Origin: an uncultured virus (IMG/VR IMGVR_UViG_3300028840_003224)
Taxonomy: Duplodnaviria > Heunggongvirae > Uroviricota > Caudoviricetes
IMG/VR virus record: IMGVR_UViG_3300028840_003224
Span: 1 to 64,000 of that record
Reading direction: 5' to 3' (one strand)
Length of the DNA stretch: 64,000 nt
The notes under the pieces were generated by a model. The model searched no databases and had not been told where the DNA came from. It worked only from the letters and a program-made list of their open reading frames with translations. The position numbers were made by a program, and so were the translations under genes. This document shows, piece after piece, positions 17,969-28,901 of this stretch (its first letter is position 1; every line of letters begins with the position of its first letter).

Positions 17969-18675
17969 ACAAGATGTCCGCACGCAACCCAGTTATGGTC
18001 CCGCTGAACGCCAGCGGTGTAGGCCTGCTGGAGAAGCGTCTGGACGCCAATTCATGGCTCGGGATCGGCGACAGCGTCGACCTTAACCGAGACTTCGGCC
18101 AGGAGGCCTCAGATTCGCTCCTCCTGGACTCTGTGGCTACACCCCACACGAATCACGCCTCAGACCCAGGGTCCGTTACAATGGCTCTGGTGGACTCTGT
18201 GGCGATCAATATGACGCGTCAAAGAGGCGTCGAAGACGTCGTCACCTTCTCAGACACAGCCCACGCCTGCTTATGCGGATACCGAGCGCCCACTGGCGTA
18301 GAGACGACCAAGGCGTCCGAGACGATCAACATCGGCCAGCCTGTCTTTCCTGACACCTCCACCACAGTGGCTCTGGCCACCGCCAACATCAACGGCGTCC
18401 CGGTATTCGGACTGCCTATTGGCCTCGCGATGACCGACGCCGACGTCAACCAGTCCATCTTAGTCGCCACCGAAGGCAGCGTCAATCAAGCCGACTGGAC
18501 CTTAGTGACAGGTAACACCTTATTGACCCCTGGCGCGATTTACGTGCTCGGAGGCACCGACGGGACATTGACCACCACAGCAGTCACCACAGAAGGTCAT
18601 ATGGCGATCAGAGTCGGGCGAGCAATCACACAGACCAAAATGGACATCGAGATCAGTGACGGGGTTATTATCTGA
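17965..18675 (+). CDS. Virion structural protein, decoration/cement-like C-terminal domain
   Basis: ASETINIGQPV...PIGLA...LTPGAIYVLG...VGRA. Confidence 0.7.
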   Translation: MNKMSARNPVMVPLNASGVGLLEKRLDANSWLGIGDSVDLNRDFGQEASDSLLLDSVATPHTNHASDPGSVTMALVDSVAINMTRQRGVEDVVTFSDTAHACLCGYRAPTGVETTKASETINIGQPVFPDTSTTVALATANINGVPVFGLPIGLAMTDADVNQSILVATEGSVNQADWTLVTGNTLLTPGAIYVLGGTDGTLTTTAVTTEGHMAIRVGRAITQTKMDIEISDGVII

Positions 18676-21311
18676 TGGCAACATACAAACCTCTCTGGCA
18701 GTACAGCACCCTCGTCCAGCAGTTGGACGACCCTGATGGGTTGGCCGTCGCGCACGTAGACGGTGTCGACTGGATTCAGTTCGACACAACCTTCGTCGAT
18801 GGTTCGGCTGAAGGCCGCTTGCAATGGAACAGTGACGATGGCACGCTGGAAGTCGGCATGCCGGGCGGGAACGTCAACCTGCAAATCGGTCAAGAGCAAC
18901 TGGTCCGCTGCCGCAACATCACTGGCAACACGATCAACAACGGCGACCCGGTAAGAATCTCTGGCGCGTCGGGCGGCAAACCGCTTATCTCGCTCGCCTC
19001 TGCCAACAGCATTGCTACAATGGCAGTCATGGGTTTCGCCACCGAGAACATCGACCACAACAGCAACGGTTACGTGAATGTTGGTGGTCTGGTGCGTGGT
19101 GTCGATCTGTCCACATACAACGACGGCGATCAGCTTTACCTTGGTGCAACCGGAGGCGTTACACGCCCCGCTCCAAGCTGGCCCAACTTCAAGGTGTATG
19201 TCGCCAAAGTCATCGACGCCAAAGTTGACGGCACGATGCTCATAGACATCACGATCAACCCGTGGCTTGCCGCCCTGTCCGACGTTGACACGACCAACGT
19301 CGTAGAAGGGTCTATCGCCACATACAACGCGACGAACAACAACTGGGTTGCGGGCGATGGCACTGATCCTGTTCCTCAATACTCCCACCTCAAGACGGGC
19401 TGGGATGAGAGCGCATGGGACAACCTCAACCTCAGTATCAACACGGCGAACTACACAGCCACACTCACCGCTTCGGCTGACACTGATTACTGGATCGAAG
19501 GTGTTAGACACACCTTCTCTGCGAACACCAGCAAGTCAGCCACGCTCAACAACACCGAGGGTCCGAAGTATCTCATACTGGACTCTTCTGACACCCTGGT
19601 GTTCAGCGACACTGCGTGGGACATTCATCCGAACTACCCCGCCACCCGCAACGAAGTCACAGTGGCGGCTGGCTACTGGAGCGTCGCGCAGGCGGACATG
19701 ATTACCCGCGCGATCGAGTTCCACGGGCATCACTTCTCCCCGAAGCTGCACGAGTATCTCCACGAGAACTTCGGCACGCGATGGGCAGCAGGTCTTGGCG
19801 TCAGCACTCCTGACAACCTTGTGCTGAATGTTGCTGAAGGCGAGATCTACGACGAAGACATCGAGGTTTTGATTTACGATGGCGCGGGACCAGTGAACCC
19901 GCCGCCGCCGTGGTGGCAGCAGGAACTGACCCCACTCGACACATGGACTCTGTATCGCACCGGTTCGAGCGGAAACTGGCTGTCAACGAACACAGCCACC
20001 ACTCCGACGATCATCGCCGCGAACATCCCGCAGGTCAACACCTGGAACGGGACCGATTGGAATCTGACAGATGTAGGCGTGAACAAATACTTCGCCTACT
20101 GGGTATTCGCTTCCTCTGACCGTCGTCACCCTGTCTACCTGATCCCTGGTCAGGCTGACGGTGGAACGCTTCAAGAAGCCGAAGACAACAACACTCTCGG
20201 CGACCTTGATCTTGCCAACCTGCCAACGGCAGAGCATAAGTGCATCGCCAAGGTCATTATGAAGCGAAATGCCGCTTCCCCTTACTATTCGATTGAGCAG
20301 ATCGACGATTACCGCTTCGATATTGATTCAGGGTCAGGCGCTTCATCTGCGAGCGATCACGGTGCCCTGTCCGGACTGAGCGACGACGACCACACCCAAT
20401 ACTCGCTGGCCGATGGCACGCGAGACTTCACTGGCAACGTAACCATGCCTGGGTTGACGGTCAACACGATCAACAGCTCCACTGGGAACATCAATCTTTC
20501 GACGATGAACCTGATTGGTTATAGTTCAACTTGGTACTGCGATGTGCTGGACGCCAGCACCATCAACGCTGATTATGTCTCAGCGCTCATCACGATGCAG
20601 ACCACCAACATTAACAGCTTGACGGGCACCGTCAACTTTGACGACGATCACATACTCACCACTGGCAACATCACAGGTGATGCCATACTGGCGAACGAGG
20701 GCCTGACTGGTTACGCAACCAACGATTACTCTGGCAACTTCACCTCCACCATCACCAACAACAGCCAAGGGGCCATGCTGCTCGCGAGCCAGCACTCCTC
20801 CACTGTGAACGGTGGTTACTACACTTATGGCATGTCGGTGTTCGCGTACGACACCCCGGCATCTGGCATCACCAACACCGGCACCTTAGGTGCCGCAAGG
20901 TTCTACGCCTACCTGGGCGACACCTCTACAGGCAACACGAACTACATAACGGCGTTCACAGTAGAGGCCGGAATTCCAACCGCCAACGCCGCGTCTACCA
21001 TCCTCCAGGTTGAAGGGCTGAACCTGTCAGTCACGAACTTGTCGGCCAACTCCGCCATCACCTCCGGCATAGCTCTCAGGTTGCAGTCCCCGGCTGGTGC
21101 CGGGACCATAGCCAATCGCATCGGAATCTACAGTTCTGGCGAGGACAGGAACTACTTTGAGGGCAGCATCGCTCCGGGTAACTTCTCGGACTCAACACGC
21201 CCCTCCGCCGCCTCGCTTCCTGTCGGATCAATGATCTTTAACACTGACGACAACGCTCCCAACTTCGCGACAGCGGGTGGGTGGCGTGACGCCACGGGGA
21301 CCTTAACATAA
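18675..21311 (+). CDS. Large Asn/Thr-rich fibre-like structural protein
   Basis: 878 aa; cement-like N-domain, DHGALSGLSDDDHTQY fibre motif. Confidence 0.8.
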   Translation: MATYKPLWQYSTLVQQLDDPDGLAVAHVDGVDWIQFDTTFVDGSAEGRLQWNSDDGTLEVGMPGGNVNLQIGQEQLVRCRNITGNTINNGDPVRISGASGGKPLISLASANSIATMAVMGFATENIDHNSNGYVNVGGLVRGVDLSTYNDGDQLYLGATGGVTRPAPSWPNFKVYVAKVIDAKVDGTMLIDITINPWLAALSDVDTTNVVEGSIATYNATNNNWVAGDGTDPVPQYSHLKTGWDESAWDNLNLSINTANYTATLTASADTDYWIEGVRHTFSANTSKSATLNNTEGPKYLILDSSDTLVFSDTAWDIHPNYPATRNEVTVAAGYWSVAQADMITRAIEFHGHHFSPKLHEYLHENFGTRWAAGLGVSTPDNLVLNVAEGEIYDEDIEVLIYDGAGPVNPPPPWWQQELTPLDTWTLYRTGSSGNWLSTNTATTPTIIAANIPQVNTWNGTDWNLTDVGVNKYFAYWVFASSDRRHPVYLIPGQADGGTLQEAEDNNTLGDLDLANLPTAEHKCIAKVIMKRNAASPYYSIEQIDDYRFDIDSGSGASSASDHGALSGLSDDDHTQYSLADGTRDFTGNVTMPGLTVNTINSSTGNINLSTMNLIGYSSTWYCDVLDASTINADYVSALITMQTTNINSLTGTVNFDDDHILTTGNITGDAILANEGLTGYATNDYSGNFTSTITNNSQGAMLLASQHSSTVNGGYYTYGMSVFAYDTPASGITNTGTLGAARFYAYLGDTSTGNTNYITAFTVEAGIPTANAASTILQVEGLNLSVTNLSANSAITSGIALRLQSPAGAGTIANRIGIYSSGEDRNYFEGSIAPGNFSDSTRPSAASLPVGSMIFNTDDNAPNFATAGGWRDATGTLT

Positions 21312-21595
21312 TGTCGAATACCACGAGAGCACAGGCCGTAATTGACAACCTCGCTGGCAGGGTAATTGCGCCAGCCACTGCCTTGACCTTCATCAACGCG
21401 GTCGTCGATGAGAAGAACCTCGAACCTGACCCTGACAATCCGCAGAGCACAGAGATACGTTGCGGTTTGTTCATCCAATGGGCGGTGAGAGTGTTGAAAA
21501 CGATCAAGGCGGACGCCGTGGCGAAAGCCAAATACCTGGAGGCGGAACAAGTTCGCCTCGACGCACTAATCTCGGCAGGGGCCGACTTGGAATAA
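21311..21595 (+). CDS. Hypothetical protein
   Basis: TAATG coupled to fibre gene. Confidence 0.7.
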   Translation: MSNTTRAQAVIDNLAGRVIAPATALTFINAVVDEKNLEPDPDNPQSTEIRCGLFIQWAVRVLKTIKADAVAKAKYLEAEQVRLDALISAGADLE

Positions 21596-21599
21596 GGAT

Positions 21600-21857
21600 G
21601 TGATGATGGACACCCATGCCGTATTCGACATGTTCAAGGATTTCGGGCCGTTGATCGGCATCGTTCTCTTCTTCATCTGGCGAGACTGGAAACGCGAAGA
21701 CTCACTAGTCAGCCGAGTGAAACATCTGGAAGACTTCAACACGGATGTGTTGACCGGGCTGGTGAAAGAGTCATCCTCGGTCATCGCCACCAACACTGAA
21801 CAACTTCGCATCATGAACAACCTTATGATAAACTGCAAGGGCCGACAAGATGGTTAG
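21600..21857 (+). CDS. Single-TM coiled-coil protein, holin-like
   Basis: FGPLIGIVLFFIWRDWKRE. Confidence 0.6.
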   Translation: MMMDTHAVFDMFKDFGPLIGIVLFFIWRDWKREDSLVSRVKHLEDFNTDVLTGLVKESSSVIATNTEQLRIMNNLMINCKGRQDG

Positions 21858-22359
21858 ACCAAACTACAACTTGATCACCTTCATCCGGCGAACGATTCGC
21901 CAGATGAAGAAAGAGTATGGTGGTCCAATCACCGTCTACAAGTTGGGAACGGCCTCGACGGACTACGACTCAGGGGTGAAGACTTACACTCACGAATCGA
22001 CGTTCATCAACCGGGCTGTGGTCCTGCCATCGCGAGTCGCCCGCGAGATCACACAGACGATCTCCATGATCTCTTCCAATAAGAAGGTGGTCCAGGGAGG
22101 AACGTACGACACGAGCAAACGGGCGTTCATCATCGACCGGACGGACGTCCCTGCGACATTCAACTTCGATAACGACGACTGGATCGTGTACGACGGCAAG
22201 CGGTTCGACATCATCACCGTCGACGAGTTTGAATACAAAACAGGATGGATCGTAGTTGGCAAGGTCATCGAGGGGACTACCCCGAGGCAGGACCTGTACG
22301 CCAAAGGGAACGGATACTTACTTTCACTAACACAATCGGCTTCGGCCACGATTGCTTAA
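21850..22359 (+). CDS. Head-closure/neck protein
   Basis: Position; DWIVYDGKRFDI. Confidence 0.65.
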   Translation: MVRPNYNLITFIRRTIRQMKKEYGGPITVYKLGTASTDYDSGVKTYTHESTFINRAVVLPSRVAREITQTISMISSNKKVVQGGTYDTSKRAFIIDRTDVPATFNFDNDDWIVYDGKRFDIITVDEFEYKTGWIVVGKVIEGTTPRQDLYAKGNGYLLSLTQSASATIA

Positions 22360-22374
22360 CCGGAGGCACAGCAA

Positions 22375-22857
22375 ATGGATGAAAACCTCGCGCGGTGGAT
22401 CTTTCAATCTATTGCTTCTCACTTTGTGAGCACAGCCAATGGGATTTCATTACCGTATTTTGTCGAGGGGATTGACGAACGATCCGTCGAGGACATGCGG
22501 GCGGACCACGTCGAACTTCGAGTAACAGGCCCCACCATCAAAGAGGTGAGCAACGGATACTACAACATCGACGTTATCATAAACTTTCTCTTCACGAAGC
22601 AAATGGACATTGGCGGTGCGGACGCCTTCGACCTGATTCAGTGGAGCGGGGTGTTTGCTAACGAGATGCTGGGTCAAGTGCCCATCTATAAGAAAGGGAG
22701 CAACCCTCAAGATGACGGTAGCCTAGTTGGCTGCTTGATCATCAAGAAGGATCGAAACGAAGCGGTTCGAGTGTATCACTTCGGACAAGTCAACAAGGAC
22801 ATCCGAGTACGTCAGTCTGAAGTGGACGCCGTCTACGGAATGACTCTGTCAAACTAA
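22375..22857 (+). CDS. Tail terminator-like protein
   Basis: Size and position before tail tube. Confidence 0.55.
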   Translation: MDENLARWIFQSIASHFVSTANGISLPYFVEGIDERSVEDMRADHVELRVTGPTIKEVSNGYYNIDVIINFLFTKQMDIGGADAFDLIQWSGVFANEMLGQVPIYKKGSNPQDDGSLVGCLIIKKDRNEAVRVYHFGQVNKDIRVRQSEVDAVYGMTLSN

Positions 22858-22876
22858 CCTCTTAGGAGATAACCAA

Positions 22877-23632
22877 ATGGCACGTATCGAAATGCGTGAC
22901 GTAACCATTTACGTCCAAGACGGTCTCGCTGGGACCGCCAATCTGTCCGCCAACTCGGCGAACGCTGCCACCACCATCAACATCGAAACCGTTGTGCTGA
23001 ACACGGACACGACTAACCTCGTTCCCGTTGGCGCGCGACTGTATGTCGGTGGCGAAACCGCTAATACGGTTCATACCGTCACGGCTCGTGAGCCCGCTGC
23101 TGCTGGCCCGACGACCTGTGTTACAATCAGCCCCGCGATGGGTCCGGGCACGTACAACAGCGGCAACGCTGAAGGTGCTGTCACGTTCATCTACCAACGT
23201 CTTGAAATCAAGATCGGTGAAGGCAACTTGACTTGGTCGGAAACCAAGGAATACGAGTACCTTCGAGACCGTGGTAACCTCGACACCGTCAAGGAAGGCG
23301 ACGAGCAACCAGTCGAGATGAGTCTTGAGTTTGTGTACGACTACATCAAGTCTTCGAGCGGCGTCGACATCACGCCGGTAGACGCTCTGAAGCGTGAAGG
23401 TTATGCCAGCGAGTGGGTTTCCACATCGGCTGACCTCTGCGAGCCGTACTGCATCGACATCCTCGCCAAGCACTGTGTCCCCTGTGGCACGGACGAAGAC
23501 GAAGACGTTCTGTTCACCGACTTCCGTTATGAGTCGCTGGACTACGACATGGGCGAAGCCACCATTGCCGTCTCCGGGCGTTGCAATGTGAGCCAGCCGA
23601 CCGTAACCCGCTCGACCGACACCGAGTGTTGA
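22877..23632 (+). CDS. Major tail tube protein
   Basis: Strong AGGAG RBS, followed by terminator, chaperone and tape measure. Confidence 0.75.
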   Translation: MARIEMRDVTIYVQDGLAGTANLSANSANAATTINIETVVLNTDTTNLVPVGARLYVGGETANTVHTVTAREPAAAGPTTCVTISPAMGPGTYNSGNAEGAVTFIYQRLEIKIGEGNLTWSETKEYEYLRDRGNLDTVKEGDEQPVEMSLEFVYDYIKSSSGVDITPVDALKREGYASEWVSTSADLCEPYCIDILAKHCVPCGTDEDEDVLFTDFRYESLDYDMGEATIAVSGRCNVSQPTVTRSTDTEC

Positions 23633-23639
23633 GCAACTA

Positions 23640-23690
23640 GCTAACCTGCTCCGGGTGGGGTCGCTCCCACCCGGAGGTTAGCACCTCTTT
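23640..23690 (+). terminator. Hairpin/terminator after tail tube
   Basis: GCTAACC..TCCGGGTGGG/CCCACCCGGAGGTTAGC. Confidence 0.65.
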
Positions 23691-23718
23691 CCTCGCCTTA
23701 CACATCTGGAGACAAAAC

Positions 23719-24171
23719 ATGAAGATTGGTGGACGTGAAATCACACGTAACATGGAAATCCTAGTTCTGCCGAGACTCGACGGTGACTTGGTCATCCGCG
23801 CGCAGGCAGTGTGCATCAACAAAGACTTCGAGAAGATCTGTCCCGAGCCGACCGCCCCTGGCGTCCGCACGAAGGATGGCTTCAAGCCCAACTACAAGGA
23901 TGAGGACTACCGAGCACAAGTCGCAAGTCGCGGCGAGAAGAACTTCGCCTATATGGTCCTCCGCTCCATCGAGCCGAGTGACATCGAATGGGAAACGGTC
24001 GACCTGAATGACCACAACACGTGGACCAACTGGGTCGACGAGTTGCAGGACGCAGGCCTGTCGGAAGTCGAGACCAACCGCATCGTCAACGCCGCCCTGG
24101 TAGCCAACTCGCTGGACGAGGACAAGCTGCGTGAGGCACGAGAGCGTTTTCTACGTGGTCAGGGGGAGTAG
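23719..24171 (+). CDS. Tail assembly chaperone (G-like)
   Basis: Position; ends ARERFLRGQGE. Confidence 0.75.
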   Translation: MKIGGREITRNMEILVLPRLDGDLVIRAQAVCINKDFEKICPEPTAPGVRTKDGFKPNYKDEDYRAQVASRGEKNFAYMVLRSIEPSDIEWETVDLNDHNTWTNWVDELQDAGLSEVETNRIVNAALVANSLDEDKLREARERFLRGQGE

Positions 24172-24368
24172 CTCGCAAGATACTCTGGCCGTCACATAGA
24201 ACGTCTGAGTACACAATATGGGGAGCGTGCGAGAGGTTCGGAGTCCTGCCCCCAGGGTTCGATCATCCCACCCTCCCCTGCTGGGACACTTTGGGTGTCA
24301 TCCAGCAGGCAGACCTTGTTGGGTATCATCAGACCGCCGAGCACGAACGTTTTAAGTATGGTGTCTAA
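24150..24368 (+). CDS. Tail chaperone -1 frameshift extension (GT-like)
   Basis: ATG-less open -1 frame ending TAA next to ATG 24369; YTIWGACERFGVLPPG. Confidence 0.7.
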   Translation, partial: STWSGGVARKILWPSHRTSEYTIWGACERFGVLPPGFDHPTLPCWDTLGVIQQADLVGYHQTAEHERFKYGV

Positions 24369-24890
24369 ATGGCAAAGCTGAAATGGAGACCTGAGCTATA
24401 CCACATGCAATTCGATGTGGATAGAATGCGTAATCTCATCTGGGTGCAGATACGCAGAGCCAATATGAAGCTCGGCCAGAAGTGGATAAACTTTGTCATC
24501 TACTCTGTCGGAATCCCGACCTGGAGTGGTGCTTCTCGCGCCACGTTCTCCAAGCTGGCATCAGAACTCGGAACCACGGTCCCTATGGGGCCTCGCGGTG
24601 GAAACAAAAGCAGAGTGTCCGAAGGACTGGCCTCTGCCGTCGGTAGTGGTGTCATCGAGGATAAGAACACCTACTACGCCGGGTTCAAGCACACGACCTC
24701 TCTTGGTCATCTGGTCTACAACGAGTTTAATGCTCCTTCTCCTGGACCTTACCCACAACCATACAGCACGAAAGTGACGAACACCCCGTACTTCTTCGGG
24801 GCCCGAGGTGCCGCATACTGGAGCGCGTTGGCCAGTAAGATACGGTTGCCAAACCCCTACAAGTACATGACAATAAAGAGGATGAAGTAA
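24369..24890 (+). CDS. Neck/tail completion-like protein
   Basis: Basic; IPTWSGASRA; coupled to tape measure. Confidence 0.55.
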   Translation: MAKLKWRPELYHMQFDVDRMRNLIWVQIRRANMKLGQKWINFVIYSVGIPTWSGASRATFSKLASELGTTVPMGPRGGNKSRVSEGLASAVGSGVIEDKNTYYAGFKHTTSLGHLVYNEFNAPSPGPYPQPYSTKVTNTPYFFGARGAAYWSALASKIRLPNPYKYMTIKRMK

Positions 24891-27800
24891 TGCCGACAAT
24901 CACCCAGAAACTTGGCTTCGAGGCCTCTGGCGCTATCGCCACCCTGAACAAGCTGGCTGCCGCCACCAACAACGCCAACACAGCCATGCAAGGCTTCAAC
25001 AACACTGCGAAGCAGAACACTAACGCGTTCTCCAAGCAGATGGCCAACGCTAAGAAGAACGCCGACGGTCTCGGCAGCTCGCTGAAGCTGATCGGCAGCT
25101 TTGTCGCTGGGCAGCTGCTCGTCCGTTCTTTCATGGCCGTCACCAGTGCTATCAAGCAGGCCACAAAAGAATCAATCGAGTTCCGACTGTCCATCGCCGA
25201 AATCCAGACCATCGGCGGCGACCTTCACATGACCAACGACGAGATCTCCGCTTCGGTGCTTCGTCTGTCGGATGCCCTGGGTAAGAGTGCCCAGGACGTG
25301 GCTGAAGGTCTGTACCAAGTGTTGTCGAACCAAGTCGTCGACGCCGCTGACGCCATTAGCTTCCTGGAGACCGCCGAGAAGCTGGCCATCGTCACGCACT
25401 CTGCCACCTCAGACGCTGTGGACGCTTTGTCATCCGTCATGAACAGTTATGGCTTGGCCGCATCTGAGGCTGACCGTGTATCTGCCAGCTTGTTCAAGAC
25501 CGTTGAATTGGGTCGTTTGCGAATGGCCGACATCGCCAACATCCTCGGTCGCGTAACCCCGTTGACCGCCGAGATGGGCGTGAAGTGGGAAGAAGCCGCA
25601 GCCGCAATCGCAACGATGACTCGACAAGGTGTGCGGGCAGACACCGCAGTCACGCAGTTGCGTGCCATCATGCAGAAGATCATCAAGCCGACCGACGACA
25701 TGACCGCGTTGTTCCGTAAGTGGGGCGTCGCTGACGGTCCCGCCGCCATCAAGGCGTTCGGCGGTCTGCACGGGCTGTTGCAGAAGATGTCCAAAGAGAC
25801 TGGCGGCAACTCCACCGAAATGGCGAAGTATTTCCGTCGCGTCCGCGCCATCGTTGGTGTCATGGGTACTATGACCAACGAAGGCAAAGATCTCATCTCT
25901 ACTTTGGAAGAGATCACCGAAGAGACAGATGCCATGACTAAGGCATGGGAAGCCTTCGTCAAGACCGACGCCCAGCAGCTGACCATCAAGTTCACAGAGA
26001 TCTGGAACGCCCTCCTGAGAATCGGAGAAGTGATCCAGCCAGTCTTGTTGGACGGTGCCACCGCTTTCGAGCATTGGATTGGCGTCATCTCTGACGGTGC
26101 GAGAGAAATAAGAGACTCGTGGAACGAAGGCTCTGCCGTCATCGCCTCCAACGCAGAAAAGCAGGAGGAAGCTTATAAGAAGATCGCAGAGGCGCAGGAC
26201 AAGGTCTTAACAAAAGACAAAGAAGGTAACGCCGAGCGCGAGACCGAAGTCCGCAGCTTCTTGGCTGGGATACAGCAGAAACTCAACAAGTATGATGATC
26301 TCGCCCAGATCGAAACTGACGCGGTAGGGGCCGTATTCGAGTCGTTCACTGGTGGGGTTTTATCTTCGTTCGACGACGCCAACAAGGGCTTGGAAAAGTT
26401 CGTGAAGGGCTCGCAAGGGCTTGCAGGCAGAGCATCGAAGGAACTCGCCAGCCTGGAAGAGAACGCCTCTGCGAAGCGATACAAGAGGGACATTGAAAAC
26501 GCTCGTGGTGCAAATCAGATCAAGCAGGTAATGAATGCTCGGGCGACGAAGATTCATGCCAAGTTGACGCAGCTGCTACAAAAGGGCATAAGGACCGATG
26601 AGGATAAAGCCCAAGCCATGCGACTGGCTGATCAGGAGGAAACCCTCCGTAACGATCAGTTGTCGTTCGCGAAGAAGCAAGGGCATTACCAGGACGAACT
26701 GAGCGCCTTGGGCAAGTTGCGTTCCATCGAGAATATCCGCGTACAAGCAGTGAAGCAGCAGGTCGGTTTCTCCAAGCAGAACGTCGAGAAGGCGACCGAA
26801 CTGAACGCGAAGCTGGATGCCCGCAAAGCGAGGCTGAAGACCAATCTTGAGTATCTGGATGACATCGCCGAGCGGTTCGCCGCCACTGACGACGCGGAGA
26901 TCAAGACTGGACTGCTGGAAGAGATCGAAAAGGTCGAAGCCAACATCCAGGGCATGAAGTTCACGGACATGGAGAAGAGTATAGCAGAGGGAATCGTCAA
27001 GGGCTCTTCCGAGGGTATGGACGCCTTCAACAAGCTGATCTCTGAAGACTTGAAGCCTAAGATCGCCGACGTTATCATTGACCACACCGCCATTCAGCAG
27101 GAGCTGCTGCGAGACACATACGACATCCGAGTCAATGTGTTGGGCACCCCTCAATTTGAGGAACTGGGAGCTGACTTCGGAGCCACGAAGCAGCCTGGGG
27201 AAAGTAGCGTAGAGTTCCTTCAACGCGCACTAGAACTGGCCCAGCAGGTCGAGAAGACGCAAACAGATACCGCTACGAAAGTAAATAAAGGTCTCAAGCA
27301 AGCAGGCGTCCAGAACGAGTTGGCAGCCAATGGGTTGCGGACCTATCTTGGCCTTCGCCTTCAAGCCGCAGATGTGAGCGAGAAGGAAGTGGGAATCATC
27401 AAGTCTTTGGGCACCGCATTAGGGGCGGCTATAAACAAGGCTTCTGATCCGGCATCTCAAGTCGTTACGCTTCGACAAATAGGAAAGCAACTGGCCGAGG
27501 AAGAGTTCGCCAACATCCGGAAGACCGCACCTGAGTATTACAAAATCGCTGATACTCTGGTCGAAATGAACGCCAGACGAAAGGCTAACCTTGAGATCAC
27601 CAAGGCAGAGCGAGACGAGGCAGCCAAGACGCTGTCCGACGCTCTCAAGAGTGGTGCGATCTCACAGGCCGAGTTCAACGCTGGAGGCGAAGCGTTAAGG
27701 AGATTGTTTATTGGACAGGAGAAAACAAACGAAGCAAAGAAGGAAGCAGAGGGGCTGGATTCAAAGGCCCGAAAAGCCTCCATCGAGTTCCAGCAGAGGT

Positions 27801-28363
27801 TCCTTGGAAACCAAGACCAGATAAACTCGAAGACAGGAGAAACCGCAACTAAAGTAGAGACGGTCAAAGAGAAGACAGGCGAAGTTGCAGCGGCAGGCGG
27901 TGCCGCAAACACTCAGCTAGGCTCCCTCGGCAGCACGGCTGCTGCACAAGTCGGAGGTGTCATCACTTTGACGAACGCCGTCGCCAAGCTGGCAGACGAA
28001 GCGGAACGAGCCGCAGTGGCCCGAGCCGCAGCTGGTAGTGGCGACACAGCCCAGGTCTTTACCGGGGCTCCTATGCGATACTTCAAGGACGGCGGCCCGG
28101 CACGTGGCCAGGACACCATCCCTACTATGCTGTCGAAGAAAGAGACAGTGATAAACGCACGCAACTCAAGTCGTTTCTTCTCTGAGTTGAATGCAATGAA
28201 CCAAGGGTCCAAGCCTGTTTACCGAGAACAGGGAGGCCCAGTCACCAACGTAGGTGATGTTAATGTCTCGGTAAATGGTGGCGATTCTTCGCAACAAACG
28301 GTTCGCGAGATCGGCAACGCGCTTCGTCGAGAGATCAAGCGTGGGACACTAAAACTTTCTTAA
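24890..28363 (+). CDS. Tail tape measure protein (TP901-type core)
   Basis: 1157 aa helical Ala-rich; LFKTVELG, AVTQLRAIM, FKDGG..RGQDTIPTMLS. Confidence 0.93.
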   Translation: MPTITQKLGFEASGAIATLNKLAAATNNANTAMQGFNNTAKQNTNAFSKQMANAKKNADGLGSSLKLIGSFVAGQLLVRSFMAVTSAIKQATKESIEFRLSIAEIQTIGGDLHMTNDEISASVLRLSDALGKSAQDVAEGLYQVLSNQVVDAADAISFLETAEKLAIVTHSATSDAVDALSSVMNSYGLAASEADRVSASLFKTVELGRLRMADIANILGRVTPLTAEMGVKWEEAAAAIATMTRQGVRADTAVTQLRAIMQKIIKPTDDMTALFRKWGVADGPAAIKAFGGLHGLLQKMSKETGGNSTEMAKYFRRVRAIVGVMGTMTNEGKDLISTLEEITEETDAMTKAWEAFVKTDAQQLTIKFTEIWNALLRIGEVIQPVLLDGATAFEHWIGVISDGAREIRDSWNEGSAVIASNAEKQEEAYKKIAEAQDKVLTKDKEGNAERETEVRSFLAGIQQKLNKYDDLAQIETDAVGAVFESFTGGVLSSFDDANKGLEKFVKGSQGLAGRASKELASLEENASAKRYKRDIENARGANQIKQVMNARATKIHAKLTQLLQKGIRTDEDKAQAMRLADQEETLRNDQLSFAKKQGHYQDELSALGKLRSIENIRVQAVKQQVGFSKQNVEKATELNAKLDARKARLKTNLEYLDDIAERFAATDDAEIKTGLLEEIEKVEANIQGMKFTDMEKSIAEGIVKGSSEGMDAFNKLISEDLKPKIADVIIDHTAIQQELLRDTYDIRVNVLGTPQFEELGADFGATKQPGESSVEFLQRALELAQQVEKTQTDTATKVNKGLKQAGVQNELAANGLRTYLGLRLQAADVSEKEVGIIKSLGTALGAAINKASDPASQVVTLRQIGKQLAEEEFANIRKTAPEYYKIADTLVEMNARRKANLEITKAERDEAAKTLSDALKSGAISQAEFNAGGEALRRLFIGQEKTNEAKKEAEGLDSKARKASIEFQQRFLGNQDQINSKTGETATKVETVKEKTGEVAAAGGAANTQLGSLGSTAAAQVGGVITLTNAVAKLADEAERAAVARAAAGSGDTAQVFTGAPMRYFKDGGPARGQDTIPTMLSKKETVINARNSSRFFSELNAMNQGSKPVYREQGGPVTNVGDVNVSVNGGDSSQQTVREIGNALRREIKRGTLKLS

Positions 28364-28381
28364 CCCCCTTTGGAGATTACA

Positions 28382-28882
28382 ATGAAGCAATCACAGATCG
28401 CAAAACTCAAGGGCCGTTTCGTGGTCGAGCACAGGGACGTCGAAGACAACCTTATCGACACGTACGAGTTCCCGAACGGTATCGTGGACGAAGGTCTCAA
28501 TCACATCCTGGACACGCAGTTCCACGGCACCACGCAGGTCGGTACTTGGTACATCGGTCTTGTCGACAACAGTGGCTGGACCGCATTCGCGGACGCCGAC
28601 ACTCTGTCGAGTCACGCTGGCTGGGCCGAATCCACCAGCTACACCGAGTCCAACCGAGTCGAGTGGGACGAAGACGCTGCCGCAACACGCGCTATCAGCA
28701 ACTCCACGACCGCCGACTTCAGCATCAATGCCACGGGCAACCTGAAGGGCATCTTCATCTCCAGCAACAACGTGAAGTCGACTGGCAACACGGGCACGCT
28801 GTGGAGCACGGCTGCTTTCTCGGCTGTCGTTGCGACGTCGAATGGCGACACGCTGAAGGTCACCTACACGGTGAGTGGCTGA
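28382..28882 (+). CDS. Virion tail protein
   Basis: NGIVDEGLNHILD...WYIGL...GDTLKVTY. Confidence 0.8.
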   Translation: MKQSQIAKLKGRFVVEHRDVEDNLIDTYEFPNGIVDEGLNHILDTQFHGTTQVGTWYIGLVDNSGWTAFADADTLSSHAGWAESTSYTESNRVEWDEDAAATRAISNSTTADFSINATGNLKGIFISSNNVKSTGNTGTLWSTAAFSAVVATSNGDTLKVTYTVSG

Positions 28883-28901
28883 GCAAGTTATTAAAGGGGG
28901 A

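Noticed and set aside
11056..19511. Long minus-strand ORFs (11056, 12702, 16171, 18597) and similar ones at 39209, 40505, 45348, 49357, 56521
   Set aside because: Antisense shadows of well-supported genes, expected from codon bias
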